A stretch of DNA of 64,000 nucleotides from Porphyridium purpureum (GCA_008690995.1 VRMN01000004.1:1116001-1180000), one strand, 5' to 3'. Positions 11,341-22,086 are shown, counted from the stretch's first letter. Made by a program: numbers and translations. Notes: generated by a model from the letters alone, not told the origin.

Positions 11341-12966
11341 CTAGACTTCAGGCGTGCACACAAAGCGGTAGCCCCACTCGGCCTCAAAGTTGGCCGGCGA
11401 GTACCACGTGTAGTAGAACGATCTCGCCTGGATGACAAACGACTTGATCGCCGTGGCTGAACCAAGCTGGTCGCGTGTGGAATGCGTGCTGACTGAATGC
11501 AACGGCAACTGCGACGATGACTGCGACTGCCGCTCTTGTTGTTGTTGCTGCTGCTGCTGCTGCTGCAGCTGGCGGTTCTTGTCCGACAGGACGCGCTTCA
11601 GTTCTAGCGCCATGGCGTGCGGGTTGTTGCTGAACTCATTGTCTCTGCGCTTGCTCCGGAAGAACGCCCATATCGGGTCTGTCGCAAGGTCGCCCACGCG
11701 CTGCGCGTTCAAGGCATTATACAGTGAGAATACCTTGTCCGTGCACTCTTCGTCTCGATAAAAGCACAGATCGCTGTACTTGCCGAGTCGGCATCGCACA
11801 TCAAACGTAACGCGCGTCTCGTTCCACCAGCTGGGCACGTCAATGCGTCTCTTCGACTGGCTTGTCTGCACGCCGCGCGCGTGGGGGTGTTCCGACTCGA
11901 ACACGAGCCGAAGGCGCCGAAGACGCGCCTCAAACTCCCATTGCGGGCCACTGTACCGCAACTGCCGCGCACGCGACAAGTCCAATTTGGCCTGCAGCAC
12001 CAGCAGTGAAATGGTATCCACCTTGTACTTCAGCGCGCACTCCTTGATGCTTGCTACACCCAGCGGCTCGGTCTGTCGTGCAAACGTTCCGGGCGAGATG
12101 TTCAAAATTCGCAGGAAACCTGGCTGGAGAAGTGGCGCCAGATAGCTGCGCACTGCGTCCTGCCCCTCAGCACCTAGCTCGTCAAGCACGGCTCGGGGAC
12201 CGATCGGCAGCTCGCAGGATTCGGCTACCCCTGAGATGACGGATGCCCACTCAACCACACGTTGCCAAATGCGGTCCTCCGGGCAGCTCAGCGAGTCATG
12301 CAGGAGAAAGCGCTCCATCTCGCGAACGGAAAGGTGCAAAAAGTCATGCTGCATAATGGCAAACTCAGTGTGGTCGAGAATGAAACCGCTGAGCATATTC
12401 TGGAGCTCTCGATGGTTTGCGACCATTTTGGAGCGCTGCATGGCCCACACGCTCAACGCGCCTCCTGACAACAGCAAGTTCTTCATATGCTTGAGCGCAG
12501 TGAGCTGCAAACTCGCAATGCCCAGATGGCCCGCACTCACATACATGGCCATCACACACTCGTCGCGCATGCTCACGCGGCCGGTATACACGAATCGCAG
12601 GATTTCATCCCACAGTTCTTTGGGAGCCGTGCTGAACGGCACCACCACGCGCGACATCGAGGCCATGGTCCCCGGTCTACTGGCGCCTTCACCTGTCATT
12701 TCGGCTTCATGAGCCTGCTGCTCAGCCTCAATGAGGCGTTTTAAGTATGGGCTCCGCAGCTTGAGCATGACTCCATGCGCTCGAATCACTGTCGGCTTGG
12801 CGTCCTGACCTGCGTGAGAGAACACGACAAGTTCCACGTCTGGCGGAATGGCGCGCCCCGCATTACGTTGCGCGTCTGAGCTCCATAATGCACTCGCGCT
12901 GACCGTCGCCACGATCCCGGACCGCGAAGTCACCGACTGCACGCGCCAATCCCTCAAACTTGCCAT
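11341..12966 (-). CDS. BTB/POZ-BACK domain protein with C-terminal CUB-like region and polyQ
   Basis: BTB (IRAHGVMLKLRSPYLKRLI...ILRFVYTG), BACK (FLHLS...EDRIWQRVVEWA) and C-terminal FESEHPH...TFD...WGYRF. Confidence 0.8.
   Translation of the reverse strand: MASLRDWRVQSVTSRSGIVATVSASALWSSDAQRNAGRAIPPDVELVVFSHAGQDAKPTVIRAHGVMLKLRSPYLKRLIEAEQQAHEAEMTGEGASRPGTMASMSRVVVPFSTAPKELWDEILRFVYTGRVSMRDECVMAMYVSAGHLGIASLQLTALKHMKNLLLSGGALSVWAMQRSKMVANHRELQNMLSGFILDHTEFAIMQHDFLHLSVREMERFLLHDSLSCPEDRIWQRVVEWASVISGVAESCELPIGPRAVLDELGAEGQDAVRSYLAPLLQPGFLRILNISPGTFARQTEPLGVASIKECALKYKVDTISLLVLQAKLDLSRARQLRYSGPQWEFEARLRRLRLVFESEHPHARGVQTSQSKRRIDVPSWWNETRVTFDVRCRLGKYSDLCFYRDEECTDKVFSLYNALNAQRVGDLATDPIWAFFRSKRRDNEFSNNPHAMALELKRVLSDKNRQLQQQQQQQQQQERQSQSSSQLPLHSVSTHSTRDQLGSATAIKSFVIQARSFYYTWYSPANFEAEWGYRFVCTPEV
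11534..11568. repeat. (TTG)n(CTG)n trinucleotide tract encoding polyQ in the BTB protein
   Basis: ttgttgttgttgctgctgctgctgctgctgcagc seen directly. Confidence 0.85.
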
Positions 12967-13041
12967 GAGAGAATTTCACGTTGCGCTCGCCAATTGACAT
13001 GCAAGCTTTATGTGGGCGCAGACACAGGCACCAGAGACAGA

Positions 13042-13956
13042 ATGGGTCTTGTGCGCGTACAAGGACGCTGTGCGCAGCTTGCTTCGTCGGACAACGACGC
13101 GGCGCAGAAATCGTACGAGTTCGTAGTGGTGGCCGACCCGCAGCTCGGGATGACGCACGCAAATGCCGGGTGGGACGATGATGTGAAGTTGTGCAATGCG
13201 ATGGTGGCGCAGATCAACGCGCGTGTCCCGCCACCAGAGTTCGTTGTGGTTGTAGGTGACTTGGCGCATGCACATCGCGACATTGACGGCGACGAGTTGC
13301 AGCATACAGCTGAAGCGCAGCACGCGGATTTCAAGAGGTGCTTTGACCAGCTGAGCTGCGCGACTTTTGTTCTCCCGGGAAACCATGACGTGGGGAACGT
13401 GGTGAAACGAAGCAATGTGCGAGAATATACAGATCGCTACGGAGACGACTTTTACACGTTTTGGGCTCCCAACAAGGTCTGGTGTGTTGTGCTAAACTCG
13501 CAGTATCTTGTCGATCCCGGCGAGGAACAATCGATGAAGGAGGAGCACGAGACTTGGATGAAGCAGGCGTTGAAAGAGGGCGTGGATAGTGGCGCCAAAG
13601 CCATCTTTGTCTTCATGCACGTTCCGCCTTTCTTACGCGATGCAGACGAACCAGACCTCCTCGAGACAGTGTCGCACTGGAAGACATTTGCGATTCCCGA
13701 CGGATATTTTCATCTCTCAGGAGGCATTCGGCGAGAACTGCTGCAGCTTTTCGATAAGTTTCACGTATCGGCTGTGTTTTGTGGTCACTGGCATCAAAAT
13801 AATGCACCCGGGACCAGGTACAACAATATCGAGGTGATCATCACGTCTGCAGCATGTGCACAGCTCTCTCTGGACACCAAGCCAGGGTTTCGCGTCATCC
13901 AAGTCTCTGAAACAGGCAGTTCGTACACCCACGAATACATCGAGATCAAGCAGTAG
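13042..13956 (+). CDS. CPPED1: Calcineurin-like metallophosphoesterase (CPPED1-like)
   Basis: ADPQLG, VGDL, PGNHDVG, FMHVPPF and FCGHWHQN motifs. Confidence 0.85.
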   Translation: MGLVRVQGRCAQLASSDNDAAQKSYEFVVVADPQLGMTHANAGWDDDVKLCNAMVAQINARVPPPEFVVVVGDLAHAHRDIDGDELQHTAEAQHADFKRCFDQLSCATFVLPGNHDVGNVVKRSNVREYTDRYGDDFYTFWAPNKVWCVVLNSQYLVDPGEEQSMKEEHETWMKQALKEGVDSGAKAIFVFMHVPPFLRDADEPDLLETVSHWKTFAIPDGYFHLSGGIRRELLQLFDKFHVSAVFCGHWHQNNAPGTRYNNIEVIITSAACAQLSLDTKPGFRVIQVSETGSSYTHEYIEIKQ

Positions 13957-14028
13957 CCAATCATAGCTGGTCGGGGTGTAGTCGATGCCGAGATCTTGAC
14001 AAGCTGCCCAAGAGTTAATTTTTCTGTG

Positions 14029-15126
14029 TCAAGGATCATGTTCGCCCGTGCGTGGGCTACCCACACATGTGCAGACACTTTGCAAAAGATTGGGTATGAG
14101 CTGCTCGGCACTCTCTTGAAAGAAAACCAAGCGCTCTAGCACGCTGTCCGGGTCGTGAAGGGCAGAGAGCAAATTCCAAACGCAGTCTTCGTCGGGATTG
14201 CAAATAATGTGGGTCAGCGGGTGTGCTGACCGCGCGTGGAGCTCGAGCTCGCGAAAGTACCCAACCGTGGCGGATTGCATGAATGACACACCTATCCAAA
14301 CCACAGCGTCGATACGAGCCGCGTCACTCTGCATGAGGTGCAAAATAGTGCTGGTCGCGATCAAGTATTCCGCTTCTTCGTCGTCGTACAGAAGCATTCC
14401 GAATCGCATGACCGAGTCAGCAGGGTGGGCCTTGCTTCTGTTCGGACACACTACATCTTTGCGCTGCGTCATACGCAAAAGCTGGTGTTTTTGCGCAGCA
14501 CCTTTGTACCCGCAGACCGGGCATACGAGACGCGTCACATTTCCGTGCATTTCAATGACATGCGGTGACAACGCTTCTTGAGATTTCGAGCACGCAGAAC
14601 CTGAAAGCCCATCTATGTTCATGGTGTAATGGCGGACCATCTGCAGTCCGGCGTGTCCCGAGGCGTAAATGCATGTGTCGACGTGCGTGCCTGGACACCG
14701 ACAGACTAATCGGTCGAGTGCTCGATGCGCTTTTCCAGGGACGCAAGCCAAGGCGACGCGAGCAATCTCGGCGTAAAACGCTCTTGCGGCGCGAGGATGC
14801 TTCTTATACACCTTGTACGAGAAAACGGCGCTGCCTTGCGTCCCCGCTCCCGAGAGCTTCAGTTGCGCGGCGCGTTGGTACAGGCCATCACCCGTAAAGG
14901 TGCTCATCCCTGTCGCCTTGGAGATCCCACTCCCTGTCACGCATATAAAAAGCGCATTTTCGCCTTTCTGCGATTCATGCGGCAAGCCGTTCGACACACG
15001 CACCGAACTGTCGCGGAGCTCTTGCGCGAGGTCTTTCCCTCTGCGTATCGCTGCGCTCGACGAAGTGCTCGTGGCGGGCGCTCGTCTTGCGCGTTTGGAT
15101 CGTCGCGGTGCTGCTGTGTCTGCCAT
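14029..15126 (-). CDS. Divergent Sir2-family (sirtuin) NAD-dependent deacylase
   Basis: VTGSGISKATGMSTF, YTMNIDGL, EMHGN, CPVC Zn site, IGVS and ICNPD. The only ATG upstream of the domain is at 15126. Confidence 0.8.
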   Translation of the reverse strand: MADTAAPRRSKRARRAPATSTSSSAAIRRGKDLAQELRDSSVRVSNGLPHESQKGENALFICVTGSGISKATGMSTFTGDGLYQRAAQLKLSGAGTQGSAVFSYKVYKKHPRAARAFYAEIARVALACVPGKAHRALDRLVCRCPGTHVDTCIYASGHAGLQMVRHYTMNIDGLSGSACSKSQEALSPHVIEMHGNVTRLVCPVCGYKGAAQKHQLLRMTQRKDVVCPNRSKAHPADSVMRFGMLLYDDEEAEYLIATSTILHLMQSDAARIDAVVWIGVSFMQSATVGYFRELELHARSAHPLTHIICNPDEDCVWNLLSALHDPDSVLERLVFFQESAEQLIPNLLQSVCTCVGSPRTGEHDP

Positions 15127-18100
15127 GGACGATCGCACGCGGCTAGCTCTGCTGGGCGAAATCCACGCGACGGGCACCAGCGCGGAAGTCAAGGCGAACA
15201 CGCGGCACCTTGTGGACAAAATTCTGGCGCGATACTGCAGTGCGTTCACAATCTACCGCGAGCTTGCGCAAAATAGCGACGACGCACACGCAGACACCAT
15301 TCGGCTCCACTTCTCGTCGCGTGGGAGCGCTGACGAAACCAGAAAGGATCGTCCAAACGATCAGAGCGAAAAGGTTGCGAGCGGTCGAGAGCTAGTGACA
15401 CAAGTATTGTACGAGAACAATGGATTCCCTTTTCGGGAGCAAGACTGGGCGCGGCTCAAGTCGATTGCAGAAGGCAACCCAGACGAGACATCGATCGGCA
15501 TGTTTGGCGTTGGCTTTTACTCTGTGTTCAGCATATGTGAATCGCCCATTGTGGTCTCAGACAGGTCGGCCATGGCATTCACCTGGGAAAAGGACCAGCT
15601 GTTTGCGCGACGCGCAGATAATCTGGCATTGCTGGACAAGAATGCAGCCACCAAGAACGGTAAAGAGACGCGCTTTGTCTTGAACGTCCGGGAACCATTT
15701 CCGTTTCCGGCGCCACTCGAGTTTGGTAGCTTTTTGGCCGCAGCGCTGACTTTCACGAAGCACGTCAAGCATGCGTACGTCTACTTTGACGAGAGCGAGA
15801 AGCTTGCATTTACAAAGAGCGTGAGCTCCACACATATTGTGTACGATCGAGACGGCGCGGTGTCCAAGTCGGCCTCCGGCCGACCGACAAGCGGAAAGGG
15901 TTCGGGCCATTCCAGTGGCATGTTTGGTGGGATCTTCACGCGGTTCTTGAATGTGGCGGTAGGAGCGGAAGCCGAAGAGTACAAATCAGGTCAGGGAATG
16001 ATGAGTGTGTGTCGAGTGTCAAATTCAGAGATCCAAGTGAGCGCGTTGTACGCGGGTTCGTCGGAAGGTTCAGTTTCGGCGCACATTTCCCAAGTTGAGA
16101 TCGAGACATCGGTCCCTGAAGACCTTCAGACCCGTATTGAAAGGGTAACCAAGAAAAGGCCTCCTCGGCGTGCACTGCTGCAATTCATTTCAGCCTCCGC
16201 CGATGACGGGATATACGTGGCAGAGTCGGTGGGGAAGGGAATGGGTACAGCAGCGACCGCGACTGGTGCGGAAAGTAGCCGCGGCTCTGGGATGTCGTCC
16301 TTGTCTTCTCCCGTGCGCGACATTTTGTCGAGCTTTTGTCCGTCTCAGTACGACGGGCGAATATTTATTGGATTTAAAACGCACCAAACAACAGGGCTTG
16401 CCGTCCACTTGAGTGCGCCATTTTACTGCACGATGGAACGTGAAAACATTGACTTTGTGGATCCAGCGCTGGCGGTATGGAACTCTGAGATGGCACATAT
16501 CTCGGGCATTGCGGTGCGCCTCATTTACGAAGGTGTGATGCAGCGGCTGAACGAGGAGTACCAAAAAGATCCTGTCCAGATTAGCGACGCTGTGCTGCTC
16601 GAGCATTCGGAGAATATTGATAGGACGCAGCGCCAGAATGAGGATCAGAAGCAGAGTGCGGGATTCTTGCAGAGCTTGGCGAATTTTGTAAGTAGTGGGA
16701 TCGGAACGGTCATGGAAGCAGCGCAGTCGCAAAAAGAGCAAGAAGATGTCCTGGACCAAAAATATGACCCTGAGCCCCTACGCGATGCTGAAATCAAGGC
16801 TCTCTTTTGGATGAATGCGCACGCCTTTGCTGAGCGTTCCACGCCAAGCGAGCTGGTGGGCAACCTGATTAGAGCTGGCTTCCAAACAGCGCGCGCTCCA
16901 GAGCGCATGCCATCAGTGTTGACTGTTCGGGGTGTGGTGGAAGCACAGCACGCACGTTTGCCTTATCACGGTGCTGAACTGTTTGTCTCGGAAATGGCTG
17001 TGGTTCGGCGGCGCGTAGCGCGCGCGTGTCCGTCGTTTTTATCAAGAATTGCTTGCGTGGCGCAACTTTCTATCCCAGAGCTCATCAAAGACTTGGCCCA
17101 GCAGAAACCGTTGTCTGTGGATCGGGCCAAATGTTTGCTAAAGTGGTGGATAGGCCACATGCGCAAGCACCCACAAGATGCTCAGTACAGCCCTTCGTTG
17201 CGATCTACTTTGAAGGTGCTCATTGGATCGTCATGCGTCTTTCTGAACCAATTTTCATCGTATGCCGGAAAGAACATTCCCATGGATCTGGGCGCAGGAT
17301 CAACATCATCACCGCTGCCGCCAGAAACGTGCCCAAGAGTGCTCGTTGAGCACTTGTCCGCACGAGAACTAGCTGAACTCAAATGGATGAACCCGCTTCC
17401 TTACGTGCGCTTTGCTGCGTACGTGGTGAACGAAGCGAACATGTTTTCAAGGCCGGAGCACGGCGAGGTAGCACTCCGCGCATTTGCCAAATATTTCAAC
17501 TCTGGCATTTCAAAAGCGGAGCGCGAAGAGCTTGTCTCAATCCTTTCGTCGCTTTTGAGCGACAAAGCATGCATTCCGACTGGGAATACTGGATTGTACT
17601 ATCGACCAGAAGACTCCTACCTCACGTCAGCGGCGTTGGTGGTAGAAGACTTGCCACGTGTGACTCAAGTCTTTCAGGCTGATGTGGGCAAGACATTCCT
17701 CACCTCGCTGGGTGTGCGTGAGCACGTGCCGCCGGCACTTGTGTTCTCAAGGCTGGAGAGCCTGCAATGGGACGCGCCTACGCTCATTCGCTATCTCACA
17801 AGCATTCAGAGCCAGATCTCAGCCCAAGAGATGAAGGATTTGCAGTCTAACAAATACCTCGCCGCTGCACAGAAGGGTGCGAAGAGCGATGGGGCTCTGT
17901 TTGCGCCTTGTGAGCTTTTCATGCCGGACCAGGAACTCTTCGACCTGGGATTTCGGATGTTAGATTGGGATATGAAGGCCCGGGTGAAGGATTCTGGCGG
18001 TTCGAAGATCAGCAGCGGAAAGTTTCGCAAAGACAGTGCTGAAGGCAAGTTTTGCTTTTCTCTTGGGATGCGCGAGAAGCCGAACGAGCGCGATGTGATT

Positions 18101-20737
18101 CTCATGGTGAGCCGAGAGGAAGACAAAAATCGACAAATAGCACTGCTCGAGTACCTGGTTGCCAACGCTCCCAAGTCACAAGGGGCGAACCCGGCGAACC
18201 TAGCCATGATATGGAAGGTCCCACTGACTACAGCTTTTATCCCGACCGATGATGGCACTCTCCGAAAACCAGCCGATGTCTACATCCAGCCGGCGTGTGC
18301 CGTGCTTGGACTTCCGTGCGTGGATGCCCGAGTTCGCCATCTTGCCGCCAGACTTGGCGTGGCCGAAGTGCCGCCGATCTCTGTCGCGTTGCGCGAGTTT
18401 CATCGAATAACGCAAGCTTTAGCGAATGGCACTCTGTCCGAGGACCCCATGAACAAGCTTGTGCCTATTTGGGAATATCTAGGCTCCCGAGCGTCAGACT
18501 TTCAAGCAGGCACTTGGGAAAAGTTGAGAAAGATGCCTCTCGTTCCCGTTTCTACCGTATCTGTAGAGCAGAACTCTGTTGCGCGACAAGTGGTGGTTTG
18601 GAGAGAGCCCATGAATGTTTTCTTCGGTGGTGAAGAAGAACTGATGACCTCTGACAGCGCTCTTCGCGTCGGACTCGCTCTGGAAACTGTCGCGGTGCCG
18701 ACCAAACCGGCCGAAAGCTTTCTGCGAAACTGTGGAGTGAAGCAGTCGCCACCCCCGGGCGAAGTTGCAGCCCGACTTTTGAAGGAGCCCGAAACCGTGT
18801 TTCGCCGCTTAGGGCGCGATCCTGTGCGCTATGTCGAGCTTTTGCGTTACCTTGCCTTTCATGTCGAACGCCTTGGTGAACCCATGTTGAAGCAGATGAG
18901 AACGATTTCCTTTCTGCTCGGAGTGAAGAGGATGTCAATGGCTGCTGATGACCAGGCGAGCGATCTGGACCGTAGTGACCGTATTTTTCTGGTTGACGAC
19001 ACGGTTTTATCGCAGTTGTTCACTGGAGTCATAAAGGAATGTCCCTCGGAATCAATCTTGGAGACATTCTACGCGCGGTTGGGCTCATCGTGGTTGTCCA
19101 CGTCTGTGCAGCGCGAGTACTTCAGAACACCGTTTTCCAGTCTTGAACAGCTGGGGTCTTCCGCAGAATCATCGACAGCAGCCGCGCTTGACTTGAATGA
19201 ACGCATTGTTCATCGCTCGGCGCTGCTGGTCACAACGGTATTCAACAAGACAAGAAGTGTGAACAGCGACAAGCTTTCGGCGTTACTGAAGGGTGTAAAA
19301 GTGCAAGCAATGAAAAAGCTTGAGATTATGCTGACGTTGCAAGGCCACAAGAGAGTACAGGCGGTAACCGCAGCGGCAGAGATTACCAATGTGGGCCGAG
19401 TGGCTGGGACTCTGACGCTCAGTATTTCCATCACTCATCCTTTTGATTATTTTGACGTCGCACGTGCGCTGGAGAGCGTTTTAACGCAAGACCGCTTTAC
19501 AATGGAGCAGGCGCTGACTACGGCAACTATCTTGGAGACGACGCTAGAACGACTCAAAGCTCGTGGATTTCCCGTCGATAGGCTCGTCGGGACGCCAGAA
19601 AGTATTCGCAAGCATGAGAGGCAGCTGGAGGTGGATACAGCGCGAGCGATGGCCACGGCTACGTCGGCTGTAGCACTCGACAATAATGACGCAGCCCGCG
19701 GTGTGAAAAATATGACGGTGACTCCAGCAGAAGACGGGGCAGCGGTCGGGAGAGAACAGACGGGCCTGTCAACTTCCAGAAAGGACCCGCAGGGCCCGGA
19801 AAAAGGGTCCAGCTCGCACCCGACCACCCATCCGAATCCAGTCATGGAGCGGCAACCGAGTGCCTTGGCGTCTGCGGGATCAAAAAAGAACAAATCCGTC
19901 CTGTCTGCACTCCGCAAAGTGATGACAGGCGGGCGATCACACCACGCTCTTCCAGGCGAAGGCTCATCATCGAAGGACCAGAATCAGCTGTTGCACAAAG
20001 CGAATGAGAGTAATTCTGGCTCTGTTACCACCGCAGTCAATCCAAGTGGAGACTTGTCGGTGCCTCGAAATCCTGACTTGGATCAGAAAGTGCGGGACCA
20101 CGTTGCGCGGTCGCTCAAAGACGCAGTGAATGCGTGCCAAAACCGATCGGCGTCGTCGATCACGACACAGTCGCAGCTCGCTCATGGTGCACCCAGTACG
20201 GCGGAGCGCAGTACGTGTGAGCTGATTCCCGGGCATGAGCTGGAGCTAGTTCCAAGGCCTGCGGACGGTTCGCAGCGAGACATGCTGGATGTGTTTTGTG
20301 TGAAGAATGCACGTTCGCGACAGGAATTGGTGCAGAAGTGGACCGACGCGCAGCACTTTAGCCGGTTGCTCAGATACCTTTGCGGCGTGTTTGGGCTAGA
20401 TCCAAGAGCCGTTTGCATATACTATGACCCACAAGGACGATCCATCGCGTTCAATGCCAACCGCACGCTCCATTTCAACTTCAGCTTTTACTTGTCGCTG
20501 CATGCAGCTGCATTTGGTGCGGCTACGCTTGGTTTGCAAGGCAGCGTTAGCAGCAGCGATGGTCTGGCAGCAAAAGTCATTGATGCGTTCTCGTACTGGT
20601 ACACCGTATATTGCCATGAACTAGCGCACAACTTTGTTTCGCTGCACAACCGTGACCACGAGTTCTACCTCGAATCCTTTGTGCAGCAGTACTTTGGCGA
20701 CTTTATACGTTTGATGAGTGCCCTGCGTTTGTGCTGA
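15125..20737 (+). CDS. Giant GHKL/HATPase (sacsin-like, DUF3684-type) protein with C-terminal HExxH motif
   Basis: NTRHLVDKILARY...RELAQNSDDA, NNGFPF...IAEGNPDETSIGMFGVGFYSVFS (GHKL motifs) and C-terminal CHELAHN...HNRDHEF. First ATG of the ORF is 15125. Confidence 0.85.
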   Translation: MDDRTRLALLGEIHATGTSAEVKANTRHLVDKILARYCSAFTIYRELAQNSDDAHADTIRLHFSSRGSADETRKDRPNDQSEKVASGRELVTQVLYENNGFPFREQDWARLKSIAEGNPDETSIGMFGVGFYSVFSICESPIVVSDRSAMAFTWEKDQLFARRADNLALLDKNAATKNGKETRFVLNVREPFPFPAPLEFGSFLAAALTFTKHVKHAYVYFDESEKLAFTKSVSSTHIVYDRDGAVSKSASGRPTSGKGSGHSSGMFGGIFTRFLNVAVGAEAEEYKSGQGMMSVCRVSNSEIQVSALYAGSSEGSVSAHISQVEIETSVPEDLQTRIERVTKKRPPRRALLQFISASADDGIYVAESVGKGMGTAATATGAESSRGSGMSSLSSPVRDILSSFCPSQYDGRIFIGFKTHQTTGLAVHLSAPFYCTMERENIDFVDPALAVWNSEMAHISGIAVRLIYEGVMQRLNEEYQKDPVQISDAVLLEHSENIDRTQRQNEDQKQSAGFLQSLANFVSSGIGTVMEAAQSQKEQEDVLDQKYDPEPLRDAEIKALFWMNAHAFAERSTPSELVGNLIRAGFQTARAPERMPSVLTVRGVVEAQHARLPYHGAELFVSEMAVVRRRVARACPSFLSRIACVAQLSIPELIKDLAQQKPLSVDRAKCLLKWWIGHMRKHPQDAQYSPSLRSTLKVLIGSSCVFLNQFSSYAGKNIPMDLGAGSTSSPLPPETCPRVLVEHLSARELAELKWMNPLPYVRFAAYVVNEANMFSRPEHGEVALRAFAKYFNSGISKAEREELVSILSSLLSDKACIPTGNTGLYYRPEDSYLTSAALVVEDLPRVTQVFQADVGKTFLTSLGVREHVPPALVFSRLESLQWDAPTLIRYLTSIQSQISAQEMKDLQSNKYLAAAQKGAKSDGALFAPCELFMPDQELFDLGFRMLDWDMKARVKDSGGSKISSGKFRKDSAEGKFCFSLGMREKPNERDVILMVSREEDKNRQIALLEYLVANAPKSQGANPANLAMIWKVPLTTAFIPTDDGTLRKPADVYIQPACAVLGLPCVDARVRHLAARLGVAEVPPISVALREFHRITQALANGTLSEDPMNKLVPIWEYLGSRASDFQAGTWEKLRKMPLVPVSTVSVEQNSVARQVVVWREPMNVFFGGEEELMTSDSALRVGLALETVAVPTKPAESFLRNCGVKQSPPPGEVAARLLKEPETVFRRLGRDPVRYVELLRYLAFHVERLGEPMLKQMRTISFLLGVKRMSMAADDQASDLDRSDRIFLVDDTVLSQLFTGVIKECPSESILETFYARLGSSWLSTSVQREYFRTPFSSLEQLGSSAESSTAAALDLNERIVHRSALLVTTVFNKTRSVNSDKLSALLKGVKVQAMKKLEIMLTLQGHKRVQAVTAAAEITNVGRVAGTLTLSISITHPFDYFDVARALESVLTQDRFTMEQALTTATILETTLERLKARGFPVDRLVGTPESIRKHERQLEVDTARAMATATSAVALDNNDAARGVKNMTVTPAEDGAAVGREQTGLSTSRKDPQGPEKGSSSHPTTHPNPVMERQPSALASAGSKKNKSVLSALRKVMTGGRSHHALPGEGSSSKDQNQLLHKANESNSGSVTTAVNPSGDLSVPRNPDLDQKVRDHVARSLKDAVNACQNRSASSITTQSQLAHGAPSTAERSTCELIPGHELELVPRPADGSQRDMLDVFCVKNARSRQELVQKWTDAQHFSRLLRYLCGVFGLDPRAVCIYYDPQGRSIAFNANRTLHFNFSFYLSLHAAAFGAATLGLQGSVSSSDGLAAKVIDAFSYWYTVYCHELAHNFVSLHNRDHEFYLESFVQQYFGDFIRLMSALRLC

Positions 20738-20943
20738 GTTGCAGCGCACCGAAATTGCTACTGACAGGACGCAGGCAGCGTTGTCTGCTTCGAAGCCTCA
20801 ACACTGTGTCTCGCTTGGGTTGGGTGTAGCATCGCAATTTAGCAGCCCGCGTGGCCCGGTGCTGGAGTCGAGCACATCTGCACAAAGATTGATTTATCGC
20901 TTTTGGTTCATCAAAGTTTAGCGATGTCTTTATCTTGGTTTGT

Positions 20944-22086
20944 TCATTTGACGTAGATCTGCTTCGAGTAAGAGTATAAGAAGGTCCCGAGCACGGCGAC
21001 AGCAGAGCCAACGGCGTTGAGCGGGAGGATCTTGGTCTTGAACACGATGATGGAAGTCAGAATGATGATCACGCGCTTGATTGTGTTGCCGACGGAGAAG
21101 GTGATGGGCGACACGTTGTCCAGCGCAGAGTAGGACACCTCGTTGTAAAGGTGGTACAGCAACGAGCAAGCCAGGAGATACTTGAGCACCGTCTGATCTG
21201 GTACGGGCACCTTGGCCGTGGACGTCAGCTTGGGAATGCCCTTGTCGAAGAACAGGCAAAATGGCAGCTCCATCAAGAACGACATGATGCTGATGAGACC
21301 GTACTGGTTCGCCGGCGTCAGCTCGCTCTTGTAGTCCTTCATCGACACCTTGGAGAACACGTTACGCATCGCAAACGCAAAGTTGGAAGCCATGGCGGTG
21401 GCAAAGCCCGCCATAGTAAAGGTGAGCTCGCTGGCGGAGGACATGGCCACACCCAGGCAGATTGGAATCAGCGTCAGGTACACCGGCAGCGGGTAGGTTT
21501 CGCCGAGGAAAAGCGCGGCGGCCATGGCGCCAACCACAGGCTCGGCCGACTTGACAATGTGGGTGAACGAGATTGCCACCAAGGAGAACGAGATGCAGGA
21601 CATCACATGACCCAGCGTGTGTCCAAACGACGGCAAGATCAGGGCCTTGAGGAGCCCCCAGGAGACCTTTGGCGGCTTCCTGAGGCCGACGATCCACGCC
21701 AGCGAGCAGTACAGCGCGCCGACGCCGAGCTGGACTGTCGAGAGCGTCCACGGGTAGCTCCACATGTTGAGCGCCTTCTTGTTCACGATATTAAAAATCA
21801 CGTTGAAAAAGTACCACAGCGCGAAGAAACCGCCCACGACCAACTTGGACGGCGCGGCGGGCTCCTGCTTGTCGCCCTGCGCGGCGGATCCGGACGCCGC
21901 CATGCAGATCGTCGCCCTTGCGGCAGCGCGCGCTCCGTCCTTCTGCGCGTCCGGCGCGCGCGCGCATCGCACGCGGCGCGACGGCGCGCCTCCTGCCGCG
22001 GCCGATCGCGCGCGGCCGCTCAGCGCGCGCTTCCCGCTGGCGGCCAGCACGCCATAACTGCCTCCCACGAAACAAACTCCGTCCAT
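20944..22086 (-). CDS. Plastid phosphate translocator (TPT/GPT/PPT family)
   Basis: WYFFNVIFNIVNK, SFTHIVKSAEP, YHLYNEVSY and SVGNTIKRVIII; transit peptide from ATG 22086. Confidence 0.92.
   Translation of the reverse strand: MDGVCFVGGSYGVLAASGKRALSGRARSAAAGGAPSRRVRCARAPDAQKDGARAAARATICMAASGSAAQGDKQEPAAPSKLVVGGFFALWYFFNVIFNIVNKKALNMWSYPWTLSTVQLGVGALYCSLAWIVGLRKPPKVSWGLLKALILPSFGHTLGHVMSCISFSLVAISFTHIVKSAEPVVGAMAAALFLGETYPLPVYLTLIPICLGVAMSSASELTFTMAGFATAMASNFAFAMRNVFSKVSMKDYKSELTPANQYGLISIMSFLMELPFCLFFDKGIPKLTSTAKVPVPDQTVLKYLLACSLLYHLYNEVSYSALDNVSPITFSVGNTIKRVIIILTSIIVFKTKILPLNAVGSAVAVLGTFLYSYSKQIYVK

Noticed and set aside
14813..15124. N-terminal extension of the 1974-aa ORF
   Set aside because: It starts at TTG and is the antisense of the sirtuin CDS. 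The first ATG and the conserved region begin at 15125.
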